DNA from: Zootoca vivipara
Taxonomy: Eukaryota
DNA: 64,000 nucleotides
Direction of reading: 5' to 3'
Assembly (NCBI RefSeq): GCF_963506605.1
Contig: NC_083288.1
Coordinates: 28,024,001 to 28,088,000, forward strand
Below, piece after piece: positions 1 through 13,500 of the stretch; the stretch's first letter is position 1, and every line of letters begins with the position of its first letter. Under the pieces are notes generated by a model, which was not told the DNA's origin, made no database searches, and was given only the letters and a program-made list of their open reading frames with translations. The translations under genes and the position numbers were made by a program.

Positions 1-408
1 TGGCTAGTTACCTCTCCACCTTTCCCTGATCTTGATATGACTACACAGCCTAAGGAGATCGTTGTACAATGTAATGAAGGCACAGGCTCCATGTTTTACA
101 CTATCATGGGCTACATAGGCTTTCAGGCCAGTGTCAGCTTCACAGTGGCCTTCCTAGCCAGGAAACTGCCTGACAGTTTCAATGAAGCCAAGTTTATCAC
201 CTTCAGCATGTTGGTCTTCTGCAGTGTCTGGATATCTTTCATTCCAGCCTATCTGAGTACCAAAGGCAAATACATGGTGGCTGTGGAGATCTTCTCCATC
301 CTGGCCTCGGGTGCTGGGTTGCTGGGATGTATATTTGTCCCTAAAATGTACATCATTATTTTGAAACCAGAAATGAACACTAGGGACCAATTCTTTAAGG
401 AAAAATAA
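1..408 (+). CDS. Vmn2r: Vomeronasal type-2 receptor (V2R-A), 3' part of last (7TM) exon; gene starts before the window
   Basis: Class C GPCR 7TM motifs [27 protein letters not shown] and [16 protein letters not shown]; near-identical to 13739-14155; TAA at 406-408; AATAAA at 553-558. Confidence 0.95.
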   Translation, partial: WLVTSPPFPDLDMTTQPKEIVVQCNEGTGSMFYTIMGYIGFQASVSFTVAFLARKLPDSFNEAKFITFSMLVFCSVWISFIPAYLSTKGKYMVAVEIFSILASGAGLLGCIFVPKMYIIILKPEMNTRDQFFKEK

Positions 409-1135
409 TTTCATTAAACCACAGAGAAGATTATTTTGCAGAGATTCCAGCAATGAGCAGCAAGTCAGCAAGACATAGCCCAGAAGTGGACTCTATATTG
501 TATGTGCTAAGTTGCATAATGTCCATGACACCCTATGTTCCTATCTGAAAATAATAAACTGTGAAAGCACCAAAATGTAATTCATTTCATTTTCAGTGCC
601 ATACTTCCTGGCTATCTTCTTAATTGGCAAAATTGACTAAATATTTGTCTCATTAAATGGATTGTATGACTGGATCCAATAGGGAAGATTTGGTGCTGTG
701 GAGGGAGATATTCAATGTTCATATACGATCTCCACCCACATCTACTATATTTTGTATTAGCCTAAAACCACAGTGCAGAGATGGAGAGAATACAGAAGGT
801 GACAATTAAATAGTTGCATCTTCCTTTGTCATCTACCTCATGAGAAAAGTGCTTGTGAAGGCAGGCCCCTTTAATTCCAGGAATAAGGACTGCTTTTGCT
901 GAAAACTGAAGCAGATATGGTGGTATTCAGAGTACACACCTTAAGTTAATAGACAAGACTAACATGTTCATTAATTTCCGTGGGTTTACTCTGAGTATAG
1001 CACCATTGATTTAATAAATTTATTTCTTAGGCTCTCTTTTCCTTTCTGAGGAAAATAAAAGGTATCTAATTAGAGCAGATTAATAACCAACATAAACAAA
1101 CATTTCAATACAGGATTGCAGGGTGAGGCTGCAAT
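409..1135 (+). repeat. 3' flank of V2R-A, paralogous to 14441-15135 (local duplication)
   Basis: Colinear matches such as agcaatgagcagcaag, gaaaagtg..tgtgaaggcagg, ttaagttaatagacaag, caatacaggatt. Confidence 0.85.
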
Positions 1136-1940
1136 CCTAACTCCATTTAGGATTTTTGTAGTGAAAAAAGGAGGAAAGGGTAAAAGGTTTAAGGTGATAA
1201 TGAGGGTGACAAAAAGAAAAGGAAAGGAGGGAGTAAGAAACGTGGGAATTGGGTTTGAAGGTGAAATCAGAATTTGAGTGGATGTTGGCTTCATAATTGG
1301 GTGCAAGGGGAGAAGTATGCTTAGTAGTTGCAATGTGTGGTAAGAGGAAAGTGCAAGGTGTTTTCCATGGAGCTGCAAATTGCAGGCTGTAGAAAATGAG
1401 AGGGAAGAGGTGAAGCTGAAAATACAGGTGCAAAACTGAGTTGCAGAATAGAAGGGAGAAGCTGGGGCAGAGATTTCAGCAAGTAGAGTGTTTTGGTGGG
1501 GGGGGGGGGTGATGGCAAGTGAACTAAAGGAGGCAGAGTCTCCTTAGATAATGAATAATGGTCCAACAGAATCCTCAAAGATTTAATTGGAACAATCTAT
1601 TAATTGTAGCTCCCTTTTTAACTAACTAAAACAAATCACTGATTTGCCAGCAATATCATTAGCAGGAAAACTAGGCCAACTAATGAAATTCACAAAGGAG
1701 TTGGCCTCAAGAGTAGAAAAGTGGTGGTTAAAATGCCCTGTTTCCAGCATTGATTCTTCTGTTAAAGAGCAAAATTCATAGGCTAGTGAGATATTCTTTA
1801 TTGTGAATTATAGTTTCCTAAGTATCTCTAGAATAATTTGAAAAATGCAAATAATTCCATTTCCATATTTTTTCTCATTCATGTTCCCCTCCTTTTCTTC
1901 CATATCTACTGCATGGACAAAAGATATCAACGAAGAAACA

Positions 1941-2873
1941 ATGGAAAATAGCACCTCAGTGAATGCATTTATTTTACTAGGTTTTTCTAATGTTCCAGAT
2001 TTCAAACTCCTTTTCTTTGTAGTGTTCCTGTGCATCTACCTTGTCACTGTCTTTGGCAATGTCATCATCATTGTCATCATTAGTGTTGATGCTGCCCTCC
2101 ACACTCCCATGTACTTCTTCCTCAGGAACTTGTCTTTCCTGGAGATCTGCTATACTTCAGTCACAATCCCCAAGTTGCTTGAGAACATTGTCGCTCTTGA
2201 CAAAACCATCTCTTTGCGTGCATGTGCCACTCAAATGTATTTTTTCCTCTTCTTCGGTGCCACTGAGTGCTGTCTCCTAGCCATCATGGCTTATGATCGC
2301 TACATCGCTATATGCAATCCACTGCGCTACCCGGTAATTATGAGAAAGAGAGCATGTGTTCATTTTGCTGCCTTTTCTTGGGCTTGTGGCTGTCTGGTGG
2401 CTGTGGGTCATACCACCTTCATTTTCAACCTTCCTTTCTGTGACTCCAAGGTCATCAACCATTTCTTTTGTGAAATCCAGCCAGTTCTAAAACTAGTGTG
2501 TGGGGATACATACTGGAATGAAATCCAAATCATTGTAGCTGCTGCATTTGTAATCCTGATGCCTTTCATGTTGATCCTTATGTCTTATTTCCACATCATT
2601 TCTACTATCTTGAGGATGCAATCAGCCCAGAGCCGCCAGAAGGCCTTCTCCACCTGCTCCTCACACCTTGTGGTTGTCTCCTTGTTTTATGGGACAGCCA
2701 TTTTTATATACATACGCCCCAAATCTAGCTACTCTCTGAATGTGGATAAGCTTCTCTCGCTCTTCTATTCTGTTATTACTCCCATACTGAATCCAATTAT
2801 CTACAGTCTGAGGAACAAAGAAGTGAAAGGAGCTCTCAGGAAGACAGTGTTGAAACTAATCCCATCCAACTGA
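1941..2873 (+). CDS. OR10C1: Olfactory receptor, OR10C1-like, intact single coding exon (310 aa from MENSTS; in-frame upstream ATGs at 1845 and 1881)
   Basis: OR motifs [35 protein letters not shown]; OR10C1-typical FFLFFGATECCLL, GHTTFIF, FFCEIQPVLKLVCGDT, SLFYGTAIFIYIRPK; orthology from recalled motifs. Confidence 0.9.
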   Translation: MENSTSVNAFILLGFSNVPDFKLLFFVVFLCIYLVTVFGNVIIIVIISVDAALHTPMYFFLRNLSFLEICYTSVTIPKLLENIVALDKTISLRACATQMYFFLFFGATECCLLAIMAYDRYIAICNPLRYPVIMRKRACVHFAAFSWACGCLVAVGHTTFIFNLPFCDSKVINHFFCEIQPVLKLVCGDTYWNEIQIIVAAAFVILMPFMLILMSYFHIISTILRMQSAQSRQKAFSTCSSHLVVVSLFYGTAIFIYIRPKSSYSLNVDKLLSLFYSVITPILNPIIYSLRNKEVKGALRKTVLKLIPSN

Positions 2874-4302
2874 TATCCTAGTTTTAAAAGCAGAGAGTTG
2901 ACTATGAGACACTGTCAGCCTGTGCAAAAATTAAAGGCTCTTGATAGAGTTCATCATAGTAATACTAACTATGGAACATAAATATGTACAACAACAATAG
3001 TATGGTGACAATAGACTTGGAAGATAATTTGAATCTATATAGCACAATTTTGCTCTGAAGTAAAGAATATGAACACTGTCTTCCTGGAGGACCATCTGGG
3101 AACCATATGTAAGTCAATTTATGTTCTTCAGAGGGAAAGTGGTGTGTAAATGTGACTAATACATAAATATTGCAATATTCCTTTGACAGCAAATCCATTT
3201 TTACTAACAATTTAGGGGGGGGGGAATGTTGCTCCTCTGACCGCACCTAATGCACACGAGTAGAAGACTAAAGGTACTTTCAGAATATTTCAATTGCCAT
3301 AGAAACCCCAAAAGCTGTTTACAGTATAACTTTCCATATGTAGTTGTGTGAATGTCCCCAAATGCAAGAAAGCTGCTTCACCGAAAATGATTTTCTTGAA
3401 GTTCTCTGCATTTTGATCTCTCACCCTATATAAAACTTTCCATTACACAAAGTATGTGTTTAATTATGCATCCATGCATTGTCTGTTACTATTGGATAAC
3501 ATCAGTTGTGAATTAACAGGTTCTTGGCTAATATAGAGAGATGGATAAATTGGAACCACAGAGTTCTTGATCTTAGGATGCATTGCCATCACACCCGCCC
3601 CAAAACAAACATACACCACTACTTCAGTGGCTGTTTCAATATAATCACATTTTCCATAGAGACATTATTCCCTATTTATTTTAAATAATGTTAACATTTA
3701 TTTAGAGTTTGTGCTCAGGACTGCCTTCAGTCTTTTGCAGTCTGGCAACAGTGTGGTCTGTGATGAAAATACAGAGTTAAATCTCAGCTTCCCTGTCCAA
3801 CCATCAAGCATTATTATTATTTTTAGCAAGTGCCAAAAAGAATACAGTGAAAACACCTGCTAGAAATCCACAGACAATTGTAAATGGCCTTTAGTAAATT
3901 TCTGGTTATATTTTTTAAATCATCACCAACTGTTGTGCAGCACAGAGACCTCCAAAAGTGAAAGGTTTTAAAAATATGATTAACTCCCTTATAATTATCA
4001 CAAATGTGGTGATTGAGGTTTTCTTAATTTCAAAGCTCCAGGGATATCTCAATGCAACTTCTGAATTGTAAATAATAGACAGAATATCAATTGAAAATAA
4101 TATAGTTATTAAGGCTATGACATCTGTTATAAATGCTCTTTGCCCTTGAAATGCAAGGATGAGCATGAAAGGGCTCCACCAAAATGAGGGTGAATAATGT
4201 CAGATCAGATGCTCAGGTCTACGACATGGAGTATAATTTCAGCTCTTTGTACACATCAATGGATGAATGATTGAGTCATTGACTAAACTGCTCTGATCCA
4301 AA

Positions 4303-4511
4303 ATGTTGTTCTTGCTTTTGCTCCTTCTGTTGCTGCCACAGGCTATCAGTGACAACTTCAAGGCGCGCCATGGAGGAGACAACAATTGTTACTTAGATTA
4401 TTATAAGCCTAAAAAGCATGTCATTGGAGGAATTTTATCATTGCATGCTAGTTTTTATTCACATGAGAACTTCACGATTATACCCATGTGTTTCAAGAAA
4501 AATGTGTTTCA
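4303..4511 (+). CDS. Vmn2r: V2R-B exon 1 (signal peptide)
   Basis: [14 protein letters not shown] signal peptide, [13 protein letters not shown]; donor GTAAGT at 4512. Confidence 0.85.
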
Positions 4512-7500
4512 GTAAGTCTGTGCTTTATTTGAATGTAGGGCAAATATGTAGATTCCAAGTTTGACGCCGTAGTAACAGCATTGAGTAACTTTTATCTCTT
4601 CATACTCCCACACCAAAAGAAGAGTCCTTTGAGATTTTGCCTAAGGGTATGCAAGGAAATGTGATGCAATAACTCTGTACTTTATTAGGTTATGGAGCAA
4701 TCTGGAGGATTCAAACATGAACATCACAGTAACAGTGCCAAGTAACTAAATCTAAGGGGTAATAAAGTGTTGAGAAATAATCTCTTAATCTACCCTCCCC
4801 CAAGATTGGATAGTTCATGCTAACTAGTGTGGAAGAGTGCAGACACATTGTGATAATTGTACACACTGCAAAGTGACTGATGTCTAAGCATCCAGATTGC
4901 ATTTCAACTCATGTTCACCACATAACTTCCAGAGGAATATTTACCTTTGCTTGTTGCAGCAGCAGCTACAAAGAGTCCTAGTTCACTTAAAGTCTAACAT
5001 TTATTCTGGCCTAAGTTTTCATGAACTAAAATTTATCTTCTCTTCAATTAGTTGAACCCAAGGCAGCATATAAAGGCACAGTGGCTTTATGGCTGCTCTG
5101 TAGCTGAGCAATGATTTTCCTTAAAATGGTTTATTCTTCAGACCCTGAATCCTGACACTGAGGCTGGATCTAGACACATCAAAAAACTATTTCAGGAAAA
5201 CACGTTTTGAACCTCATAATGGGAAATCACATTGCTGAAAGGCCAAACTCTACACCGTCATATGGTGTCACATTGTTATAACACATTTAAAATGATTTTT
5301 TAAAACTAATGTAGCTGTGTCCTGTGGGTTAGCTTTTTTAAAAAACAAAACAAAAAACTTTCAGGCAAAGTAACTGAAAACCATTCTCTTCTAGCTGGCA
5401 AGATTTAAGCCAATAGAAAGTTGGGCCAAGTGATGTTTCTTTTTCTTTTTCTTCTGTTTTTCTTATTTCTGCTGTATTTCAAATGTGTTTGCAACAGCTA
5501 TAACAATGAACAAATAATCCTTTAATTATTTCCTTTTAGGCCCCTGCTGAAGCGCTTCCAACAGGTGTTTGCTATCCTTTTTGCTATTTATGAGATCAAC
5601 GAGAATCCAAAACTCTTACCCAATGTTACCTTGGGGTTCCACATCTATGACAATTTCAACGTTGAAATGATGAGCTTTGATATCATCCTGAGGCTTTTGT
5701 CTTCACAAAAAGAAAGTTTCCCTAATTTCAAGTGTGGGAAGAAACCTCAGATTTCAGCAATTGTCGGAGGGTTAGGATCCGACACTTCCATGCAGATAGC
5801 CACCATCTTAGGCCTTTATAAGATTCCCCAGGTGGGAATGTGTGTAGGGGACATTAAATCATATTCATCCAAGGGGGGGGGGCTCTCATTGATTCTGTGT
5901 AAGGGTTGAAGATCAATGCAAATACCATGTGCTGCTATCTAGACCTGAAAGTTTCAGTGCTGGTTTTTCTTCTTGGCCTCTTTTGGTTTTCCCTTTTCTC
6001 CCTTTTTTTGTGGAGTGGGTGGGTCTATCAAGTTTTGACAGACATAAAAAGTTGCATTGTATACCGAATAATGCCAACCTAGCAGTTCGAAAGCACGTCA
6101 AAGTGCAAGTAGATAAATAGGTACCGCTCCAAGCGGGAAGGTAAACAGCGTTTCCATGCGCTGCTCTGGTTTGCCAGAAGCAGCTTAGTTATGCTGGCCA
6201 CATGACCTGGAAGCTGTACGCCGGCTCCCTCATAATGTGAGATGAGTGCCACAACCCCAGAGTCAGTCACAACTGGACCTAATGGTCAGGGGTCCCTTTA
6301 ACACTTTACCTTATACCAAATATTTGATTTACTTGTTTGTTCAGCATGGACAAGCTGAGTTCCCAGTTGAGTTCTACATGTCCTCAGATTGAGGGGGAAA
6401 TAGCCATTTTCTGTTATTTCATATGCACACACGGATGCTGATGCTGTCTAACAGCAACTTTATGCAGGTGAAAACACCTGAAGCCTTTTTCTGCCACTAT
6501 TTCTGTGATATGAAATGAATGAGCTTCCCTGCTATAAAGGAAGCAGAGAAACCCTTTTTAGGCTGGGGAAATAAACGTAAGGGCACAGTAGCTGGGTTGA
6601 AGTATGGGGACTTGGTTAATTCCAAGCATAAATAGAACCTGCAGAGGAAACAATCTTTCTGTTCCACATGGTGTTTCATGCAGATCCATCTTCCCATCTC
6701 TTCCTGTTGTTGTTGTTTAGTCGTTTAGTCGTGTCCGACTCTTCGTGACCCCATGGACCATAGCACGCCAGGCACTCCTGTCTTGCACTGCCTCCCGCAA
6801 TTTGGTCAAACTCATGTTCGTAGCTTCGAGAACACTGTCCAACCATCTTGTCCTCTGTCGTCCCCTTCTCCTAGTGCCCTCAATCTTTCCCAACATCAGG
6901 GTCTTTTCCAACATCTCTTCCTAGGGGACTGCAAAAACCCTCCTTAGGTCAACCAGGAATGCAACCCTGAGAAGCAATGTTGTTTCAGGTGTAGATACGT
7001 CCACCAATGTCAAGATTATTAACTTGATATTACAACTGGTGGTGTTACCAGACCATCACCATCATTCTATTCTTCCTTTTGAAAACTTATATTTTCAGTC
7101 CCATCCCTTTTCTATTTAAAATTTGAGATATGGCAGTGACAAACACTGTCTGAAGGCTTTCAGCTGGAAAACAATCTTCATTGAGCCACTCTTCATCTGC
7201 ATGTCCTCAGAATTTGTTAATATTTATATTTTTTCTTTGAGAAGTTTTTAACATATTGAATGGAAAGAGATAATAATTCATATATGATTAAGGAGCTGCT
7301 GCACATTAGAGCAGCTTTGAAATAAAAATCTGGATAGAAATTATAATCTTCATGTGAAAAGTAGCAGTTTTTAAATTCCACCATACCCTATTGATAATTC
7401 AGACAGCATCACAGCAGAGATTGCTGGAGCAGATGAGTCATTGGCCTCCATTTTTTCATGTTTGCTCTTATCTCTTTACTTAGTGTCTCCCCATTCATAC

Positions 7501-10500
7501 TATAAAGGAAGATTAGCAGACAAGTAGAACGATAAGAAGAGAAAGTTAAAAGGGAGTCTGGCAGGTCCTTCTTATCTGCTTTTCAGAAGAATATTTTTCT
7601 GTGAAAATCTCAAAATTATACTAAGAAAGAACCTGTCTTCCTGGGACTACTTTTGTGTGTGGTTAGGCTCTTGTGTCTTTTTCAGAACTGCAAAAAAATG
7701 AAAATGAAAATATCATTATGTTCTTTCTTACATAGCTCAGTTACAGTTCAGTTCACCCAGCACTAAAGGATAAACCTCAGTTCCCTTTTTTATACCAAAT
7801 GGTTCCAAATGAAGTCTCTCAGGACGAAGGAATAGTGCACTTGATAAGGTATTTTGGATGGACATGGGTTGGACTCATTGTCTCCGATGATGACAATGGA
7901 GCTGAGTTTGCACTACGCTTGAAATCAGTGTTCAGTAGGAATTACATCTGCATAGCTTTCACAGAAAAGGCACCACAAGTCGCTTTCAGTGGAATGGATG
8001 AATATGGATATAAGTTTTATTATAAAAAAGAGGATTTGTTTGCCCTTAGCATGACCACAGCCAATGTTATCATTGCATATGGAGACACTTATGCCATGCA
8101 AGTTTTTCAGTTAACGTTATATCTACATCAACCATTCAAGAAGACACCCTTAGAGAAAGTTTGGATCATCCCAGCTCAGTGGGACTTGACCTCAACCTTT
8201 TTTCTTAAAGAGTGGGATTTCAAAATCTTCCATGGTTCCTTGTCCATGGCAATCCATAGGCAGCAGGTACCAGGATTCTGGAGCTTTCTCCAGAACTTCA
8301 ATCCTTACCAGCACCAAAATGACCTTTTTATCCAACAACTCTGGTATGCTATGTTTCAGTGTTCAATTTCAAATTCATTTGCGGCTGAAGTAAATATCAA
8401 TCTCTGTTCTGGGGAGGAAATGCTGGAGCATCTTCCAAATACTAAATTTGAAATGAGTATGTCTGGTGAGAGCTATGCTATCTATAATGCCATCTATGCT
8501 TTGGCACATTCTTTACATGGCATGTACTCTTCTAGAAGGATGTTGATGGGAGAAGCACTCAGATTGGACCTTTGGAGAATGGAACAATGGGAGGTAATGT
8601 TAGGTGGATCTTGTCTTTGCATTTTACAGATGGGCTAAAAAATTAGACACTCAATTGTGCACTCATGTTATGTTGTGTAGGCTGCCCTGTACACCTTATG
8701 AAACCTTCCATGTATTTTCCCGATGCTCCTTTTTGTTAAAAATAACCAAACAGAGACCATACAGTTCTGCATAAGGTATTATTCATTATTAACTTAGGAC
8801 CTTGTGGTATGTGTGGGAAATTATTATTATTTTTTATGTGATACTTCCTCTTAGTTCTGCCTCTAAAGTGCAGACTGTGCCTGGACAGCACAGAGGAAAG
8901 GTAAGTGCAGATAAGTTAAAAAGTTCATGTCTCACGATCTATTAAAAAATTCAGTATACATAACTATTACACAATTGAGACAATTGAGGAACTCAGTAGG
9001 ACATACTTTCATTGGTCATCTCTTTCTATTATTCTGCTCCTTCTCCCTCTTCCCTCCTTGTGTTTTCCAAAGCTCTGTGTCTCTATTTTCATTTTATTTC
9101 CTTTCTCTATTTTCATTTTATTTCCTGGAAGGAAGAGTCAATGGTGTGGAGCACTAGTGAGGAAGAATACTAGGTTTCACCTGGAAAATGCTAGTAGAGT
9201 AGATTTATTTAACACCCAAGGAAAAATGTTGCACTCATTCTGGGGTGCGTGTTTTTTAATTAATTGATTTATGAATACACAATTAAAAAGGGAGGGGGAA
9301 TTTGATGCATAGCAGCACTGAAAAATTGTGTCATCTTTGCAATTTAGGGAAGAATACAACTCAATAATAGTTAGACAGTTCCCCCCTGCCATCAAACATG
9401 CATTTCGGCATAACAACTTAATCATTATAAACACTGAAATTTATGCATCACCTTGCCAGGAACATGCTTGCAAACATTTTCTCTATTTGGTAAATTCTGA
9501 AGTTCTACATTTTCATCTAGTTTCACACTTTTTTGAGAAAAATCCATTTTAACAACAGTGCTGGAGATGAAATATATTTCAATGAAAACTTGGAATCATC
9601 CATTGGATATGATATTCTTAACATGGTTACTTTCCCCAACAATTCTTTCACCAAAGTAGAAGTTGGAACAGTAGTTTCTCATGCTTCCTCAGATCAAAGA
9701 GTTTACATGAAGGAACGTGACATTATATGGCCCAACAAATTCAACCTGGTAGGTACTCCAGATGTGTAATACCTTCAGACTTGCATTTTCTTTTCCAATC
9801 ATCTATGTTTGAAACTTGTCATTTTGTTTTAAAGATTGCCACACATTTTCTGTACATGTTCCCTTGAGGGGAAAATTATTGTATGCTCTACCGCAGGATC
9901 TGGAAGGCTTTCTATGAGTTTTGGATATTTTCCTATCATATATATTTTTTGCAATTTGGTGAAACTTTTTGTCAACTTCTGAAATTAGGAAAGCTGATGC
10001 AATCATATTTAGCATCCTAAGTTGTTCCCTGATATTTTGAGGTCTGTGTAATGGTGTAACAGGAAGGGTTAGAGCACTTTTGTTGGAAGAAGAAGAGAAG
10101 AAGAAGAGTTTGGATTTGATATCCCGCTTTATCACTACCCTAAGGAGTCTCAAAGCAGCTAACAATCTCCTTTCCCTTCCTCCCCCACAACAAACACTCT
10201 GTGAAGTGGGTGGGGCTGAGAGACTTCAGAGAAGTGTGACTAGCCCAAGGTCACCCAGCAGCTGCATGTGGAGGAGCGGAGACGCGAACCCGGTTCCCCA
10301 GATTACGAGTCTACCACTCTTAACCACTACACCACACTGGCTCACAGGAAAACCTGTGAAGTGTATAACTAAACAGAGGATGCAACTCACTTCAGGGTAC
10401 AATGTCTGCTGATGGTGGAAAAAATATATAGAAGCCTTTCCCACACCCATTGCTTCACCATTTAATATATTGGGTTGTTTGGAACAACTAAAAATGCCCT

Positions 10501-13500
10501 GTGGTTTTCTGGTAAAGCAGTAGAAGCTAGCCAACTTAATGAATAGAAGAAGTATATAATAGCTATGGTATATTAATTAGGGAAGGTGTGATTTCATTCC
10601 ATCTGAAAAATGTGATAGCACTGACTACAGAATGTATGTGGCAACTTTCAGATGAGTGTCAGCTTACCTTTAAAGATGTGGCATGTGAGTTCCCCACCCC
10701 TTTTTAACAAGAAGAAAAGCTTAAAGTGTTGACCAACTCTCCCACTGTAGCCCTTTGGAATTTGAGATATTTGAACACAGTGTTTATAATTACCAGTCCT
10801 ATTTAGTTAACTATTTGGACATTTGGGCTGCCTACATGAATCAAAAGGGACGCAGGTGGCACTGTGGATTAAACCACAGAGCCTAGGGCTTGCCCATCAG
10901 AAGGCCGGCAGTTCGAATCCCCGTGACAGGGTGAGCTCCCGTTGCTTGGTCCCTGCTCCTGCCAATCTAGCAGTTCGAAAACACGTCAAAGTGCAAGTAG
11001 ATAAATAGGTACCGCTACAGCGGGAAGGTAAATGGAGTTTCCGTGTGCTGCTCTGGTTCACCAGAAGTGGCTTTGTCATGCTGGCCACATGACCTGGAAG
11101 CTGTACACCGTCTCCCTCGGCCAATAATGTGAGATGAGCGCTGCAACCCCAGAGTCAGTCACAACTGGAACTAATGGTCAGGGGTCCCTTTACCTCACAC
11201 AATAGACATGTATGTCCAAGACATCAAATTGTATTTATAGATCAATGACTTTCCCTGCATGTTCCCCTCCAAAATTAATGAATTCCTAGAGGAATAGCCC
11301 TGTTAGTCTCTTGCAGCAATACCAACAAAGATACATTAAAGGCAAAGTGGATGACGTGAATAGGCAATTTTATTTCCATATATGCCAGGGCTATTTATGG
11401 GGTGGGTGGATAAACAAAGTTCAAACCATTGAATCAAAATCCAATTATGTTGATTTAAACTTCATTCACTTGTATTTTTTCTTAGACAGTACCCCATTCT
11501 TTATGTAGTGAAATATGCCATCTTGGATATCACAGAAAAGTCCGTGAAGGAGAACAGTCTTGCTGCTATGATTGTTTCAAATGTGCAGATGGGACAATTT
11601 CAAACCAAGTAGGTACGTGATTCAAAAATCTCTACCTTCTAATTTTTTGAAAGAAACTACATCTAGTACTCTTTTCAAATAGTCATGCCTTTCTCAATTA
11701 TTTCATCTTCTCATTTAATACTCAAGGTGCTATCTGTAACCCACAGGTAAACCAGATAGTGCCCCACAGTTTGATCTAAAAGCATATCAGGCCAACATAT
11801 TGCTGAAGCTCAGCAAAACTGGGTTTGGTTCGCAGCTGGATTGGTGGCCACCTAGGAACCAGACGCACTTAGGGTTTCATGATGGGATAAATATGGGTTA
11901 TGAATTCCAGAAAACAAATGCATGGATTTTATTTTACTGGTACAAGGTTAGTTAAAATAAACATTTAACTGAGTGGCAGGAACAAGATTTGGAATTTAAG
12001 GGACTACAGATTATTTTGTGCATTTTCATCTTATAGAAAATTGCCATTGGGGGAAAAATAGTTTAGTGTCAGATGGACAGTAAAGTATATGACTGGATAA
12101 TGTAGGATATTACCTGTGCAAGGGTAGGGTTGTCATATGTCTGGGATCTCCTCTTTTTGGGCACCAGCACACCTATGTAGGTGTATCATTTTACCCAAAA
12201 TGTCCGGGTTTGGAATCTGTTTACCCGTGTTTCTCATATTATAAGACACGTCTTATATTTATTTTTTCCTCAAAAAAACACACTATGGCTTATTTTCAAT
12301 GGATGTCTTATTTTTTTCCTCCTCCTCCTGCCACGGCCGGCATTGCTGCTGCGCCTATCACTATGTCTTATTTTCGTGGTATGGCTTATATTCCTTGAAT
12401 GCTTAAAAATCCTGCTATGGCTTATTTTATAGGTATGTCTTAAAATATGAGAAACAGGGTATTTATTTATCTCTTTACCTATTGATCTCTTTACCTATTT
12501 ACCTATTAAAATAAATAAATGCGCCACCTGACAGTGCCACAGCTGCCAGCTCTGCCAAGGAAGGAGGGTCGGGTGCAGGTGTGAAACTTGGAGAGGGAGG
12601 GCAGGGGCACCAGGAAGGTGCACGGGAGTGAGCAGGGCTGTGGGAGGGCAACAGTGTATCACATGCATGCTTGGAGTGCGCTCAGCCCTCCAGGTCACCT
12701 TGTGGGTTATGTCCGGTGCAGGCAGATCACTGATTGCCCGCTCACCCCACCACTGCCGATCGCTCGCTCACTCACCCCACTGCTGCCAATCGCCCCCTGC
12801 CCACCAACCTCCTACCTCGCACCATGGCCGACCTACAAATATGTCTGGGTTTTTGCTTTTTTTAAAAAAAAAATACGGCAACCCTATTCAAGCGTGATAC
12901 TTCTACAACAGCTCTGTGCTGTTTTTGACCCATTAATCTATATGTTGTTGGACTGCAACTCCCATCAGCAGTAACTATATGGTAAATGGTCAGGAATGGT
13001 TGAAGCTGTAGATCAATTAAGAAAACCTGGAAGGCAACAGGCTCCCCCTACCTGCATTAATTCCACCACCTTTGCAAAGTGTTTTACTCACCAGAAAGCA
13101 CTCTGTTTTGGATTGAGTTGCTTTCAGAGCAAGGAGGCACCAAAAAATAGGAAGCATGCAATCACATGGAGCAGGTTGGCCATATTACATAAGGCATTTA
13201 AAAGAGGTATGTACCTGTTATTCAGACAGTATATTTATTTCTTACAGATGCAGATAAGTGTGAAAAATGTCCGGAAGATGAACATCCAAACAACAATAAA
13301 AACAGATGTATTTCTAAAGTCATAACTTGTCTAGTCTATGATGACATTTTAGGAATCAATTTGGCTTCTGTGGCAGTCTCTTTTGCACTGTTCACAGCTC
13401 TGGTGCTTGGAACCTTCATCAAACACCAGAATACCCCCATTGTCAAAGCCAACAATCGGGACCTTACCTACCTTCTGCTGATCTCCCTTTTGCTCTGCTT

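Noticed and set aside
154-471. Antisense and alternative-frame ORFs over OR/V2R exons (also 13349-13689, 19693-19953, 29898-30212)
   Set aside because: Shadow ORFs from codon bias with no recognisable domains
4965-5045. Possible fourth Penelope/hammerhead remnant in V2R intron 1
   Set aside because: Too decayed; the CUGAnGA core cannot be read
6706-6911. Bov-B as evidence of a new horizontal transfer
   Set aside because: Bov-B in squamates and its horizontal transfer history are already established; nothing here adds to that
10250-10343. tRNA-like sequence (also 45120-45191, 10847-10925, 20786-20860)
   Set aside because: SINE heads with A/B boxes fused to SINE bodies and tails; not tRNA genes
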